Below are positions 47,538 to 57,693 of a stretch of 64,000 nucleotides of DNA, piece by piece. Within the stretch, counting starts at the first letter, position 1. The number at the start of each line of letters is the position of its first letter. A model generated the notes under the pieces. The model searched no databases. It worked only from the letters and a program-made list of their open reading frames with translations, and was not told the DNA's origin. This DNA comes from an uncultured Actinomycetota bacterium. GTDB taxonomy: Bacteria; Actinomycetota; Actinomycetes; Mycobacteriales; Micromonosporaceae. Location: positions 663,042 to 727,041 of the forward strand of contig CAWIKR010000002.1 in assembly GCA_963836775.1 (NCBI GenBank), written 5' to 3'. Position numbers and translations under genes: made by a program.

Positions 47538-47852
47538 CTACTTCCCGGTAGTGATGCTGGTGACCTTGACCTGGGTCAACGGCTGACGGTGACCCTGGCG
47601 CTTGTGGTAGCCAGTCTTGTTCTTGAACTTGTGGATGCGGATCTTCGGGCCCTTGGTGTGGGCGACGAGCTCGCCCGTCACCGCAACCTTGGCAAGCTTC
47701 GCCGCGTCGGTCACCAGGTCGGTGCCGTCAACCAGGAGCACTGCGGACAGCGCCACCTCGTCGCCGGCCTTGCCGGTGAGCTTCTCGACCTCGATCACGT
47801 CGCCCTCGGCGACCTTGTACTGCTTGCCGCCGGTCTTGACGATCGCGTACAT
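47538..47852 (-). CDS. rplU: 50S ribosomal protein L21
   Basis: [14 protein letters not shown]...; ATG at 47852 inside ORF 47538..47897. Confidence 0.97.
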   Translation of the reverse strand: MYAIVKTGGKQYKVAEGDVIEVEKLTGKAGDEVALSAVLLVDGTDLVTDAAKLAKVAVTGELVAHTKGPKIRIHKFKNKTGYHKRQGHRQPLTQVKVTSITTGK

Positions 47853-48068
47853 GAGACGCGGACTCCCTGTCATTGTCGCTACCGCGTCCAGGCGCACCTG
47901 ACCGCGACGCAGCTAAGCTGGCGGATTGGACCTCTGCGCACCGATGGGCGCACGAGAACGCGATGCTCGAAAAGCACCACGTGCAAGAGTACGACATCAG
48001 CGGGCCAACCCTCAAACCGCCCCGCTCGACTCCACCCGCCCGGTGGCCAGGAACACAGCCGCAGATCG

Positions 48069-48548
48069 CTAGGCGCAGGCGGTCGCGATCGGCTGGGTGG
48101 CGTCGGTGAGCTGCTTGCTCGCCGCCGGAATGTCATCAAGTGAGGCGATTCCGGACACGAACGACGGATCCTCGGCCAGCCTGTTGATGTTGCCGACAGC
48201 CGTCGCCACCGCGCTCTTGAGCTTGGCGTCGGCAGCGTCCGCGGCCGCCGCCGAGATGTCCGAACCCATGTCCTTGACCGCGGCCGCCACCTGGGACGCC
48301 GCCTTGCTCTGGTTGCCCGAGTCCTTGGCCACGGTGTAGCCGACCATCGAGCCCATGGCCGTGCCGATCGGCTTCATGTCGTTGGTGATCGCGGTCCGGA
48401 TCCGCCCGCACACGTCCGGAGTCGCGGCACCGGTGGTCCGGGCCGCGTTCGGGCTGTCCCACGGCTCCGGCTTCGAGCCGCCGGTGCACCCGGCGAGCGT
48501 CGCCGCGGCCACCAGCGCGAGCGCGCAGACGATCGGCAACCGGCGCAT
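48069..48548 (-). CDS. Lipoprotein of unknown function
   Basis: MRRLPIVCALALVAAATLAGC lipobox; Ala-rich mature part. Confidence 0.65.
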   Translation of the reverse strand: MRRLPIVCALALVAAATLAGCTGGSKPEPWDSPNAARTTGAATPDVCGRIRTAITNDMKPIGTAMGSMVGYTVAKDSGNQSKAASQVAAAVKDMGSDISAAAADAADAKLKSAVATAVGNINRLAEDPSFVSGIASLDDIPAASKQLTDATQPIATACA

Positions 48549-48747
48549 GGATCCCCCTAGACATTGACGGATCGCCACGCTGCGGTGACGCCTGCGCCGC
48601 CGTGCCGGAGCGCCTTTCGGCGGTCCAACGCGGCGGCTGACACGCCATCACGCCCGTTTGCGACCCGCTCGCACGTGCGGTCCCGCCGCCGTTGGTGACG
48701 GCGGGACAACTTGCTTACGACACGCGAGTGTATGTGCCCGGTCGAGG

Positions 48748-51591
48748 CTACGGGCGAAGCCGCCAGCGGGACGTGCGCTTGCGCTGCCCGGCCGACTCGC
48801 CTGATTCACCCTCAAGGTGGGCCAGCTCGGCGAGCGGCTCCTGGAGGTGCATGGGCGGGGTGGACGACAGATCGTCCGGCGCTCCCGCGGCCGGCGGCTG
48901 CTCCGACGATGGCTCCGCGCCGGCCGGTGACTCGGCATCGTCGCCGTCTCCGGGTGCGCCGGCCAGCGGCGGTGCGGCGCCGAGGTTCACCCACGACGAC
49001 GCCTTCGGCGGCCAGTTGGCCGACGTTGACGCCGAGATCGGCTCCAGGTCATCCGACTCGTCGACCTCGTCGTCGATCTCGTCGGTGGCCTCGACCGCCT
49101 CGACCGCGTCAAGATCGTCAGCGTCTTCGGAATCAGTGTCGCTGTCAATGTCGGTGTCAGTGTCCGCGGTCTCCACGTCGGCCTCGGCGACCGCCGATCC
49201 AGTGCTGCCGCGGCCGCGCCGGCCGCGCTTGCGACCGGCGCCACTGGCGGCCGGCTGCTCCTGCTCTTCGGTGTGGCCGAGCGGCGTGTGCCGCTTATCC
49301 GGCACCGGGTCCAGGTGCATGATCAGGCCACGGCCCTTGCAGTGCTCGCAGGTCTCGCTGAACGCCTCCAGCAGGCCCTGACCGATCCGCTTCCGGGTCA
49401 TCTGGACCAGGCCCAGCGAGGTGATCTCGGTGACCTGGTGCTTGGTCCGGTCCCGGCCCAGGCACTCGGTCAGGCGGCGGAGCACCAGCTCGCGGTTGCT
49501 CTCCAGCACCATGTCGATGAAGTCGATCACCACGATGCCGCCCAGATCGCGCAGCCGGAGCTGGCGCACGATCTCCTCGGCCGCCTCGAGGTTGTTCCGG
49601 GTGACCGTCTCCTCGAGGTTGCCGCCGGTGCCGGTGTACTTGCCGGTGTTGACGTCGATGACAGTCATCGCCTCGGTGCGGTCGATCACCAGCGAGCCAC
49701 CGGACGGCAGGAACACCTTGCGGTCCAGGCCCTTGAGGATCTGCTCGTCGATCCGGTGGGCGGTGAAGACGTCGCTCATGCCGGTGTGCCGGCGCAAGCG
49801 CGCGACCAGGTCCGGCGAGACGTGACCGAGGTAGGTCTCGACGGTCTCGTAGGCTTCCTCGCCCTGCACGACGAGCTCCCGGAAGTCCTCGTTGAAGAGG
49901 TCCCGGACCACCCGGATGACCAGATCCGGCTCCTCATAGAGCTGGACCGGCGCACCGCCGGAGGCGACCTTCGACTCGATGTCCGACCACTGCGCCGACA
50001 GTCGCTTCACGTCGCGCTCGAGTTCGTCCTCGCTCGCGCCTTCGGCTGCCGTACGCACGATCACTCCGGCACCCTCGGGCACCAGCTTCTTCAGGATGTC
50101 CCGGAGCCGCTTGCGTTCGGTGTCCGGAAGCTTCCGGCTGATCCCGGAGGCGTTGCCGTTCGGCACGTAGACCAGGTGCCGGCCGGAGAGCGCGACGTGG
50201 CTGGTCAGCCGCGCGCCCTTGTGGCCGATCGGGTCCTTGGTGACCTGCACCAGGACCGAGTCGCCGGACTTGAGGGCCTGCTCGATCGAGCGGGCGCGAC
50301 CCTCCAGGCCGGCCATGTCCCAGTTGACCTCGCCGGCGTAGAGCACCGCGTTGCGGCCCCGGCCGATGTCCACGAACGCGGCCTCCATGCTGGGCAGCAC
50401 GTTCTGGACCTTGCCCAGGTAGACGTTGCCGACCATGGATCCGCTGCTAGCGCGAGCGACGTAGTGCTCGACCAGGACGCCGTCCTCGAGGACGGCGATC
50501 TGGGTGCGGTCACCCTTCTGCCGGATCGCCATCACCCGGTCCACCGCCTCGCGGCGCGCCAGGAACTCCGACTCGGACAGGATCGACGGGCGGGTCCGCC
50601 GCTGATCCCGGCCGTCGCGGCGGCGCTGTCGCTTGGCCTCGAGCCGGGTCGAACCGGTGACACCCTGGACTTCGTCTCGGGCCGCGCGGGGTTCCCGGAT
50701 CTTGACGACGGTGACCACGCCGTCCTCGGACTCCACGTCGTCGCCGGGTGATCCGCCGGATCCACGGCGGCGGCGACGCCGACGGCGGCGGGTCATGCCG
50801 TCGCCGCTGCCCGAGTCGTCGTCCTCGTCGTCCTCTTGGTCGTCTTCGGTCGCCGACGCGGCGATCTCGTCGTCCGACTCCGGCTCGTAGGGACCCTTGC
50901 CCCGGCCCCGGCCGCGGCGGCCACGGCGGCGCCGGTGCCGGCCGGAGCCATCCTCGTCGTCGTCCTCGTCGTCGGCGGCGGCCTCCGCCTCATCAGCGGT
51001 TTCCGCTGGCGTGTCCGCGCCGGCGGCGTCCGCGGCGGCGCCCCGGCGATTGCGCCGGCGGCTCCGGGTGGGCGCGACCTCGTCGTCGCCATCGGTGTCA
51101 GTTTCGCTTCGGGCCGGCGCCGGCGCCGGGGCCGCAGCGGTGACCGCGGCCGGGGCCACGAAGACCGCCGCGACCGGAGCCCGGCGGCGCCGGCCACCCG
51201 GCTCGGCTTCGGCTTCGTCGGTGCTGGCTGCCGGAGTCGGCTCGGGCTGCGGGGCGGGTGGAGCCTCGAAGACCGCGGCCGGCCGCCGGCGTCGGGTGAC
51301 TCGGGTCTCCGGCTCGGGCTCGGTTACCGGGGGCGCGGTCGTGCCGGACATGTCGGCGGACGCCGGTGCCGCCATCGCGGGTTCGGACCGGGTGCCGGTT
51401 TCCGACGCGCTGGTCTCGTCGACCGGTTCGGCACCGGCCTTCGCCTTGGTCGCCTTCCGGGTCCGGGTCGCCTTCGCGGCCTTGGTGGCCTTCTTGGGCT
51501 TCGCGTCCCCGGGCTCCGTCTCCGGGGTGGCGCCGGCGGTGCTATTGATCTCTGCCGGTTCTTCTGAACCGTGCGGCTCGTTATCGAGCAT
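48748..51591 (-). CDS. rne: Ribonuclease E/G family (RNase E) with Arg/Asp/Glu/Pro-rich N- and C-terminal extensions
   Basis: Central S1 + catalytic core (VGNVYLGKVQNVLPSMEAAFVDIG..., VIDVNTGK, ITSLGLVQMTRKR); ATG at 51591 (MLDNEPHG) preferred over 51648. Confidence 0.9.
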   Translation of the reverse strand: MLDNEPHGSEEPAEINSTAGATPETEPGDAKPKKATKAAKATRTRKATKAKAGAEPVDETSASETGTRSEPAMAAPASADMSGTTAPPVTEPEPETRVTRRRRPAAVFEAPPAPQPEPTPAASTDEAEAEPGGRRRRAPVAAVFVAPAAVTAAAPAPAPARSETDTDGDDEVAPTRSRRRNRRGAAADAAGADTPAETADEAEAAADDEDDDEDGSGRHRRRRGRRGRGRGKGPYEPESDDEIAASATEDDQEDDEDDDSGSGDGMTRRRRRRRRRGSGGSPGDDVESEDGVVTVVKIREPRAARDEVQGVTGSTRLEAKRQRRRDGRDQRRTRPSILSESEFLARREAVDRVMAIRQKGDRTQIAVLEDGVLVEHYVARASSGSMVGNVYLGKVQNVLPSMEAAFVDIGRGRNAVLYAGEVNWDMAGLEGRARSIEQALKSGDSVLVQVTKDPIGHKGARLTSHVALSGRHLVYVPNGNASGISRKLPDTERKRLRDILKKLVPEGAGVIVRTAAEGASEDELERDVKRLSAQWSDIESKVASGGAPVQLYEEPDLVIRVVRDLFNEDFRELVVQGEEAYETVETYLGHVSPDLVARLRRHTGMSDVFTAHRIDEQILKGLDRKVFLPSGGSLVIDRTEAMTVIDVNTGKYTGTGGNLEETVTRNNLEAAEEIVRQLRLRDLGGIVVIDFIDMVLESNRELVLRRLTECLGRDRTKHQVTEITSLGLVQMTRKRIGQGLLEAFSETCEHCKGRGLIMHLDPVPDKRHTPLGHTEEQEQPAASGAGRKRGRRGRGSTGSAVAEADVETADTDTDIDSDTDSEDADDLDAVEAVEATDEIDDEVDESDDLEPISASTSANWPPKASSWVNLGAAPPLAGAPGDGDDAESPAGAEPSSEQPPAAGAPDDLSSTPPMHLQEPLAELAHLEGESGESAGQRKRTSRWRLRP

Positions 51592-51744
51592 GCGGACGTT
51601 CTCCGTCTCTGGCCTGCCCGGGCGCGATAAACGCAGCCACACGAGCAAGTCCCTAGGCAGGTGCTGAGCTGAGGAGATCCCATCCCATGCGCCCTGCCGG
51701 GCTAATGATTTCCCGGTGCCCGCGGTCGCGAGCGCCGAAGTCTC

Positions 51745-52491
51745 CTACTCCACCACAACCGGCGGAGCGCCGATTTTCGTCCCGTGATCTGCGTCGCGGT
51801 CCGCTGCGAGCGGATCGACGAAGTCACCCGCGGCGGTGAGCGTGCCCTGAGCCAGCCGAGTCGCACGTGCAGACGCCGGCAGCTCCAGAGCGGCCATTTC
51901 CCGCAGGCCGGACAGAACGTCATCGGGTCGAACGGTCGGCGACACCAACCGAACGACAAGGTCGAGTATCGCACACCGCGAAGGGTTGACCTCGGAAGGT
52001 TCGCGCACCGACAGACTGACCACGGCTGACCGCGCGTCGAACGTGCGCATCCCCTGCTTGGTCATCCTGGTCACCGGGACCTCATCGGCGGCCAGGAAGG
52101 CGCTGACGGCCGCGGCCGCCACGCCCGGGTCGATATCCGGCAGGTCGATCTGCCAGCTGGAGGCGTCAATCCGCTCGGCCAGGTTGCCACCGTGCGCGGC
52201 GACCACCTCAATGATGTCCAAACCGGGCGAAAGCGCCGCGTCCAGCGCCCGCCTCAACTCATCCGGACTCACCTCGGCCTGTAGGCCGATCTCCAGATAT
52301 TCGGCCTCGCTCGCCACGCCGGTGGGCGCGGCGCTGGCATAAGAAACCTTCGGATGCGGGGTGAAACCCTGGGAAAACGCAATCGGTACGTTGGCCCGCC
52401 GCAACGCCCGCTCGAAGGCCCGAGCGAAGTCGCGGTGTGACGTAAACCTCAGTGGGCCCCGCTTGGCATAGCGGATCCGAAGGCGCTGCAC
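51745..52491 (-). CDS. TIGR03936 (DUF2344) radical-SAM-associated protein
   Basis: RLRIRYAKRGPLRFTSHRDFARAFERALRRANVP signature. First GTG is at 52491, but protein-like sequence continues upstream without an ATG/GTG/TTG. Confidence 0.8.
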   Translation of the reverse strand: MQRLRIRYAKRGPLRFTSHRDFARAFERALRRANVPIAFSQGFTPHPKVSYASAAPTGVASEAEYLEIGLQAEVSPDELRRALDAALSPGLDIIEVVAAHGGNLAERIDASSWQIDLPDIDPGVAAAAVSAFLAADEVPVTRMTKQGMRTFDARSAVVSLSVREPSEVNPSRCAILDLVVRLVSPTVRPDDVLSGLREMAALELPASARATRLAQGTLTAAGDFVDPLAADRDADHGTKIGAPPVVVE

Positions 52492-52664
52492 GACCGGGGC
52501 CTGGTTGCCCTCCGGCTGATTTCTCTTGCTGATGGCGCGCTCCTTCTCATACCGTTTCAGCCTTCGATATTAGTCGCCGGCCGATCGATCATCGGCGCCG
52601 CGCGGCCGGCCCCGACGCGACCAGATCTTGCAAACTTGTGCGGGCCCGCGGCCAACGCCGTGGG

Positions 52665-53171
52665 TTAGGTGCCCGGCGTCAGGCCGCGCAGGAGGGCGAC
52701 CTGCTCACCGGTCTCCGGCGAGCGCCGCCCACGAGCCGTCCGCATCAGATCCATGGCACGGTCCGGTGTCGCCCCAAGGGCGATCAGGGTGGCGCCGACG
52801 ATCACGCCGGTCCGGCCGACTCCGCCGTGGCAATGGACCACGGCATAGTGCCCGTCCCGGACCGCGCCCGCCAGGTCGTGGCTGAGCATGAGCAGCGCGT
52901 CCCGGTCCGGGACGCCGAAGTCCGGGATCGGAAATTCCCGGTACGCGAGACCGTGCGCCGTGGCGACCTCCGGCTCCGCGATCAGTCCGAGCTGCCGGCG
53001 ATCACGATCGGTCAGTGCCGAGACCAGCAGATCGACGCCCTGGTCCCGGAGCGCGGCCAGGGCGCCGGGAAGGCGATCACCACCCTCCGGCCGCGGCATC
53101 ATCGCCAGTCGGCCCGGCGCCGCCCACTGCACCACGAATGGGCCGGTCATCCGTCGCCGCCGGAACAGCAC
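52665..53171 (-). CDS. Cys-based protein tyrosine/dual-specificity phosphatase-like protein
   Basis: HCHGGVGRTG (C-x5-R P-loop) motif; start at 53171 or 53150. Confidence 0.7.
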   Translation of the reverse strand: MLFRRRRMTGPFVVQWAAPGRLAMMPRPEGGDRLPGALAALRDQGVDLLVSALTDRDRRQLGLIAEPEVATAHGLAYREFPIPDFGVPDRDALLMLSHDLAGAVRDGHYAVVHCHGGVGRTGVIVGATLIALGATPDRAMDLMRTARGRRSPETGEQVALLRGLTPGT

Positions 53172-53174
53172 CGG

Positions 53175-55121
53175 CTAGGCCGGAACTCGCAGCCCGGTGC
53201 CGACCGGAGTCAGCGGCAGCAGCTTGCGGCCGGTCGGGCCGATCTGGATCTCGGTGTCCATGCTCGGGCAGACGCCGCAGTCGAAACACGGCGTCCACCG
53301 GCAGTCGTCCTGCTCGAATTCCGAGACGGAGTCCTGCCAGTCCTTCCAGAGCCAGTCCTTGTCCAGGCCCGAGTCCAGGTGATCCCACGGGAGCACTTCC
53401 AGCTCGTCGCGCTCGCGGGTGGTGAACCAGTCCAGATCGACGCCGAACGCCGGCAGTGTCGCGGCGGCCGCGTCCACCCACCGCCGGTAGGAGAAGTGCT
53501 CGGACCAGCCATCGAACCGGGCGCCGTCTTCCCACACCTTGCGGATCACCGCGCCGACCCGCCGGTCGCCTCGGGACAGCAGGCCCTCGATCAGCGACGG
53601 CTCACCATCGTGATACCGGTAGCCGATCGCCCGGCCCAGCGACCGGTCCGAGTTGATCGCGTCCTTGAGCAGCTTGAGCCGCCGGTCGATGGTCTCCGGA
53701 TCGGCCATCGACGCCCACTGGAACGGCGTATGCGGCTTGGGCACGAACCCGCCGATCGAAACCGTGCAGCGGACGTCCTTGGACCCGGTGGCGGCTCGGC
53801 CGGCCTTGATCACCTCGTGGGCCATCCGGGCGATCTGGACGACGTCGTCGTCGGTCTCGGTCGGCAGACCACACATGAAGTAGAGCTTCACCTGGCGCCA
53901 GCCGTTGCCATACGCCGTGACGACGGTTCGGATCAGGTCTTCCTCGGTGACCATCTTGTTGATCACCTTGCGCATCCGCTCCGACCCGCCCTCCGGTGCG
54001 AAGGTCAGGCCCGTGCGGCGGCCGTTGCGGGACAGTTCCCGGGCCAGGTCGATGTTGAAGGCGTCGACTCGGGTGGACGGCAGCGACAGCGACACGTTGG
54101 TGCCGGCGTACTGCTCGGCCAGACCGGAGCACATGTCGCCGATCTCGGAGTGGTCCGCCGACGACAGCGACAGCAGGCCGACCTCGGAGAATCCGGAGAA
54201 CTCCAGGCCGTCCTTGACCATCTGCCCGACGGTGGTGATCGAGCGCTCCCGGACCGGCCGGGTGATCATGCCGGCCTGGCAGAACCGGCAGCCCCGGGTG
54301 CAGCCGCGGAAGATCTCCACCGCATACCGCTCGTGCACGGTTTCGGCCAGCGGCACCAGCGGCTTGCGCGGGTAGGGCCACGCGTCCAGATCCATCGTGG
54401 TCCGCTTGTGTACGCGGAACGGCACGTCGGCGCGGTTAGGCACAACCCTCTGGATCCGGCCGTCCGGCAGGTAGTCGACGTCGTAGAAGCGCGGCACGTA
54501 GACGCTCTCGGTGCGGGCCAGCCGCAGCAGGATCTCGTCCCGGCCGCCGGGCGCGCCCTCGGCCTTCCACTGCCGCATGATCGCGGTGATTTCCAGCACC
54601 GCCTCCTCGCCGTCACCAAGCACGGCGGCGTCGACGAAGTCGGCGATCGGTTCCGGGTTGAACGCGGCGTGCCCACCGGCCACGACGATCGGGTGCTCGT
54701 CGGTCCGGTCCGCCGCCAGCAGCGGGATGAACGCGAGGTCCAGCGCGGTGAGCAGGTTGGTGTAGCCGAGTTCGGTGGAGAAGCTCACGCCGAACAGGTC
54801 AAAAGCACCCACCGGTCGGTGCCCGTCCACGGTGAACTGGGAGACGCCGTGCTCGCGCATCAGCTTTTCCAGGTCCGGCCAGACCGCGTAGGTGCGCTCG
54901 GCCAGCACATCGGGCTGCTCGTTCAAGATCTCGTAGAGGATCTGGACACCCTGGTTCGGGAGACCGACCTCGTAGGCGTCCGGGTACATCAGAGCCCACC
55001 GGACGGTCGCAGAGTCCCACTCCTTCACGACCGCGCCAAGCTCGCCGCCGACATACTGGATCGGCTTGCTCACCTGAGGCAATAGCACCTCAAGCTGCGG
55101 AAAAACACTCGCGACGGTCAT
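53175..55121 (-). CDS. TIGR03960 family B12-binding-domain radical SAM protein
   Basis: FRGCTRGCRFCQAG CxxxCxxC motif; ATG at 55121 preceded by GGGAGG; conserved partner of TIGR03936 near rne. Confidence 0.85.
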   Translation of the reverse strand: MTVASVFPQLEVLLPQVSKPIQYVGGELGAVVKEWDSATVRWALMYPDAYEVGLPNQGVQILYEILNEQPDVLAERTYAVWPDLEKLMREHGVSQFTVDGHRPVGAFDLFGVSFSTELGYTNLLTALDLAFIPLLAADRTDEHPIVVAGGHAAFNPEPIADFVDAAVLGDGEEAVLEITAIMRQWKAEGAPGGRDEILLRLARTESVYVPRFYDVDYLPDGRIQRVVPNRADVPFRVHKRTTMDLDAWPYPRKPLVPLAETVHERYAVEIFRGCTRGCRFCQAGMITRPVRERSITTVGQMVKDGLEFSGFSEVGLLSLSSADHSEIGDMCSGLAEQYAGTNVSLSLPSTRVDAFNIDLARELSRNGRRTGLTFAPEGGSERMRKVINKMVTEEDLIRTVVTAYGNGWRQVKLYFMCGLPTETDDDVVQIARMAHEVIKAGRAATGSKDVRCTVSIGGFVPKPHTPFQWASMADPETIDRRLKLLKDAINSDRSLGRAIGYRYHDGEPSLIEGLLSRGDRRVGAVIRKVWEDGARFDGWSEHFSYRRWVDAAAATLPAFGVDLDWFTTRERDELEVLPWDHLDSGLDKDWLWKDWQDSVSEFEQDDCRWTPCFDCGVCPSMDTEIQIGPTGRKLLPLTPVGTGLRVPA

Positions 55122-55305
55122 CGAATCCTCCCAGGTCAACCATTTAGGGTAACCGGTCCCGGAAATGATCTACCATCCGGCGCACGGCGAGCTTCGGTAA
55201 ACACCGATATCGTGGATCTCTGGGCGCGGGTAAGACGCGCTCCACCCTCTCCACGCGGCTTGTGGACACGGGTTACCGATGGTGCTCACGACGACCCGGG
55301 CTCAT

Positions 55306-55335
55306 GACCACGCCTGACCACGCCTGACCACCCCG
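55306..55335 (+). repeat. 10-bp tandem repeat GACCACGCCT x2 plus imperfect third unit GACCACCCCG
   Basis: Direct reading; starts at the G of an ATG (55304). Confidence 0.8.
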
Positions 55336-55552
55336 CGGACCCGCGAACCCAGCTGGACACGGCTCCGGCCGCCGCCAACCTGGCCGTGGACATCGCCTTC
55401 ACCGAGCCGGACCTGTTCCGGCTGCGGGCCGAGATGGCCGCGCACCGGCCGGCGCACCAGCAGCACTCCCGACGCGGAGTGGGCACAGTGGACCGGACGG
55501 CGAGCCTCGGGCCGCATCGCCAAGGTCATCCGAAAGGCAGTTAGATGGCCTG

Positions 55553-56659
55553 ATGGCAGGAATGGAAATCGCCGTCGTCGGGCTCGGCGCCGCCGGGCTG
55601 GGCGCGGCACTCGCCGCCGCGGACGCCGGCCACCGGGTGATCGGCTTCGAGCAGTACGGCCTCGATCATCAGCCGGCCAGCTCCGGCGGGCGCGGCAAGA
55701 TCATCAGGTTCGGGTACGGCGACCCGTTCTACGCCGACCTGATGCGCACCACCTATCCACGCTGGCAGCAGCTCACCGAGCAGACCGGGCGCACGCTGAT
55801 GAGCCTGCACGGCGGCCTGCACGTCGGACCCGCGGAGCACATCGCCGTGGTCGCGCGGGGCATCGAGGACGCCGGTCACGACGTCTACGACGGGCACGCG
55901 TACGCGGACTCGATCGGCGTCCAAGTCCCCAGCGGCGAAGCGGCGATCTTCGAACCGACCGCCGGTGTGATGTGGCCGTCGCAGGCCCGGGCCGCGCTCG
56001 CCGAAGCGGCTCGATCGGCAGGCGCTGACCTGCGGGAGCACGCGGCGGTGGAGAAGATCGATCCGGACCATGCGCGCCCGGTTGTGCGTACCGCTGACGG
56101 ATCTTTTGAATTTGATCGGGTGATCGTGGCCGGCGGACCGTGGGCGTTCCGGCTGGCGCCGCAGCTCGCCGGCCGGTTTGTCATCACCCGGCGGTTCCAG
56201 GTGGTGTTCGGCACCGATCAGCCGCTTGGCGACGGCCGCCCGCACCCGTGGATCGATCATGCGGACCCGGGCTTCTATGGGATGACCAACGTCGCCGACG
56301 GCACCCATTTGATCGGCCTGCACCGAGCTGACCTGGAACAGGTCGTCCACGATCCGGACGAGCCGGATGACGAGGCGATTCGGGCCTGGTCGACCAATGC
56401 CCAGCTGGACTATCTGGTCCAACGATTCGCCATCGACCGGCCGGTGCCGCTGCAGATCCGGGCCTGTCATTACACGTCCACCCGGACCGACGACTTCGCC
56501 ATTGACGAGTGCCCGGGTGCGCCGGGCGTGATCCTGCTGAGCGCTTGCTCCGGTCATGGGTTCAAGTTCGCGATCACCACCGGCGCCTACGCGGCGGCGC
56601 TCGCCCTGGGGAGGGATGTCCCGGATCGCGACCGCTTCCGGCTGGATCGCGTGACATGA
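55553..56659 (+). CDS. FAD-dependent oxidoreductase (monomeric sarcosine oxidase / N-methyltryptophan oxidase-like)
   Basis: IAVVGLGAAGLGAALAAADAGHRV dinucleotide-binding motif; C-terminal GHGFKF. Confidence 0.75.
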   Translation: MAGMEIAVVGLGAAGLGAALAAADAGHRVIGFEQYGLDHQPASSGGRGKIIRFGYGDPFYADLMRTTYPRWQQLTEQTGRTLMSLHGGLHVGPAEHIAVVARGIEDAGHDVYDGHAYADSIGVQVPSGEAAIFEPTAGVMWPSQARAALAEAARSAGADLREHAAVEKIDPDHARPVVRTADGSFEFDRVIVAGGPWAFRLAPQLAGRFVITRRFQVVFGTDQPLGDGRPHPWIDHADPGFYGMTNVADGTHLIGLHRADLEQVVHDPDEPDDEAIRAWSTNAQLDYLVQRFAIDRPVPLQIRACHYTSTRTDDFAIDECPGAPGVILLSACSGHGFKFAITTGAYAAALALGRDVPDRDRFRLDRVT

Positions 56660-56770
56660 TCGAATGCGATGCTCGTCGCGTCCGGCCTGCGTGCACTGGT
56701 GAGCGGGCGTGACGGCACGCTACGGTATTCGGCACCCGGCCACCTAGGCGCCGTTTGTGGGGAGTGTGGA

Positions 56771-57520
56771 GTGGACCCGCTTTATCGGGTTGGCAGGATG
56801 ATTGTGTCGCCGTTCCTGCGGCTCACCTTCACGCCGCGTGTCGAGGGTCTGAGCAACATCCCGCCGACCGGAGGCGCCATCCTCGCGGGCAACCACCTGT
56901 CAGTCGCCGACCAGCTCTTTCTCGGTTCGGTGGTGCCGCGCCAGGTGCACTTCTGGGCCAAGGAGGACTATTTCCACCTTCCCGGAGTCCGCGGCAAGGC
57001 GATGAAGCAGATGATGCATGGCCTCGGCACCATCCCGGTGCATCGGGAGGGCGGCCGGGCCGCATTGCATGCCCTGGACGCGGCGGTGCCGGTGCTGCAA
57101 TCCGGCGAGTTGGTCGGCATCTTCCCCGAGGGCACCAGATCCCTGGACGGCAAGCTCTATCGCGGTCGCACCGGCGTGGCCCGGCTGGCGATGGAGGCGG
57201 GCGTGCCGGTGATCCCGGTCGGGTTCATCGGGACCGAGGTGGCTCAGCCCAAGGGCCACACCCTGCCTAAGGTCAGCGCCCGCAAGCATGCCAATGTGGT
57301 GGTCAAATTCGGCAAGCTGATGGACTTCTCGGAGCGCTCCGACGACATGTCCTCGATGCGCGCGATCACCGACGAGATTATGGTCGAGATCCAGAAATTG
57401 ACCGGCCAGGAATACACCGGTCGGTACGCGAAACGGTCACCGGCCGCCTCCGGATCGGACGGCACGGCCGACCCGAAACGGCCCCCGGCGGCCCCCGGAC
57501 CGGGCGGCGCGGCCGACTGA
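56771..57520 (+). CDS. Lysophospholipid (1-acyl-sn-glycerol-3-phosphate) acyltransferase, PlsC family
   Basis: NHLSVAD (HX4D) and FPEGTRS motifs; GTG at 56771 after GGAG preferred; the longest ORF starts at 56669. Confidence 0.8.
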   Translation: MDPLYRVGRMIVSPFLRLTFTPRVEGLSNIPPTGGAILAGNHLSVADQLFLGSVVPRQVHFWAKEDYFHLPGVRGKAMKQMMHGLGTIPVHREGGRAALHALDAAVPVLQSGELVGIFPEGTRSLDGKLYRGRTGVARLAMEAGVPVIPVGFIGTEVAQPKGHTLPKVSARKHANVVVKFGKLMDFSERSDDMSSMRAITDEIMVEIQKLTGQEYTGRYAKRSPAASGSDGTADPKRPPAAPGPGGAAD

Positions 57521-57693
57521 GCGATTGCCGGCGGCACGAATTAGACCTTCCCGAAACTGGCACCCAATCAATATCCTGCTTCGGTGATCATCCGCTGATC
57601 GCACGGCACGCCTGCCCATCCCTGACATGACGCAGCACGTGCCGGACGTCGTCCGCGCCGCCGGCGTGTGCGTCACCAGACAGGAGCCCCCTC

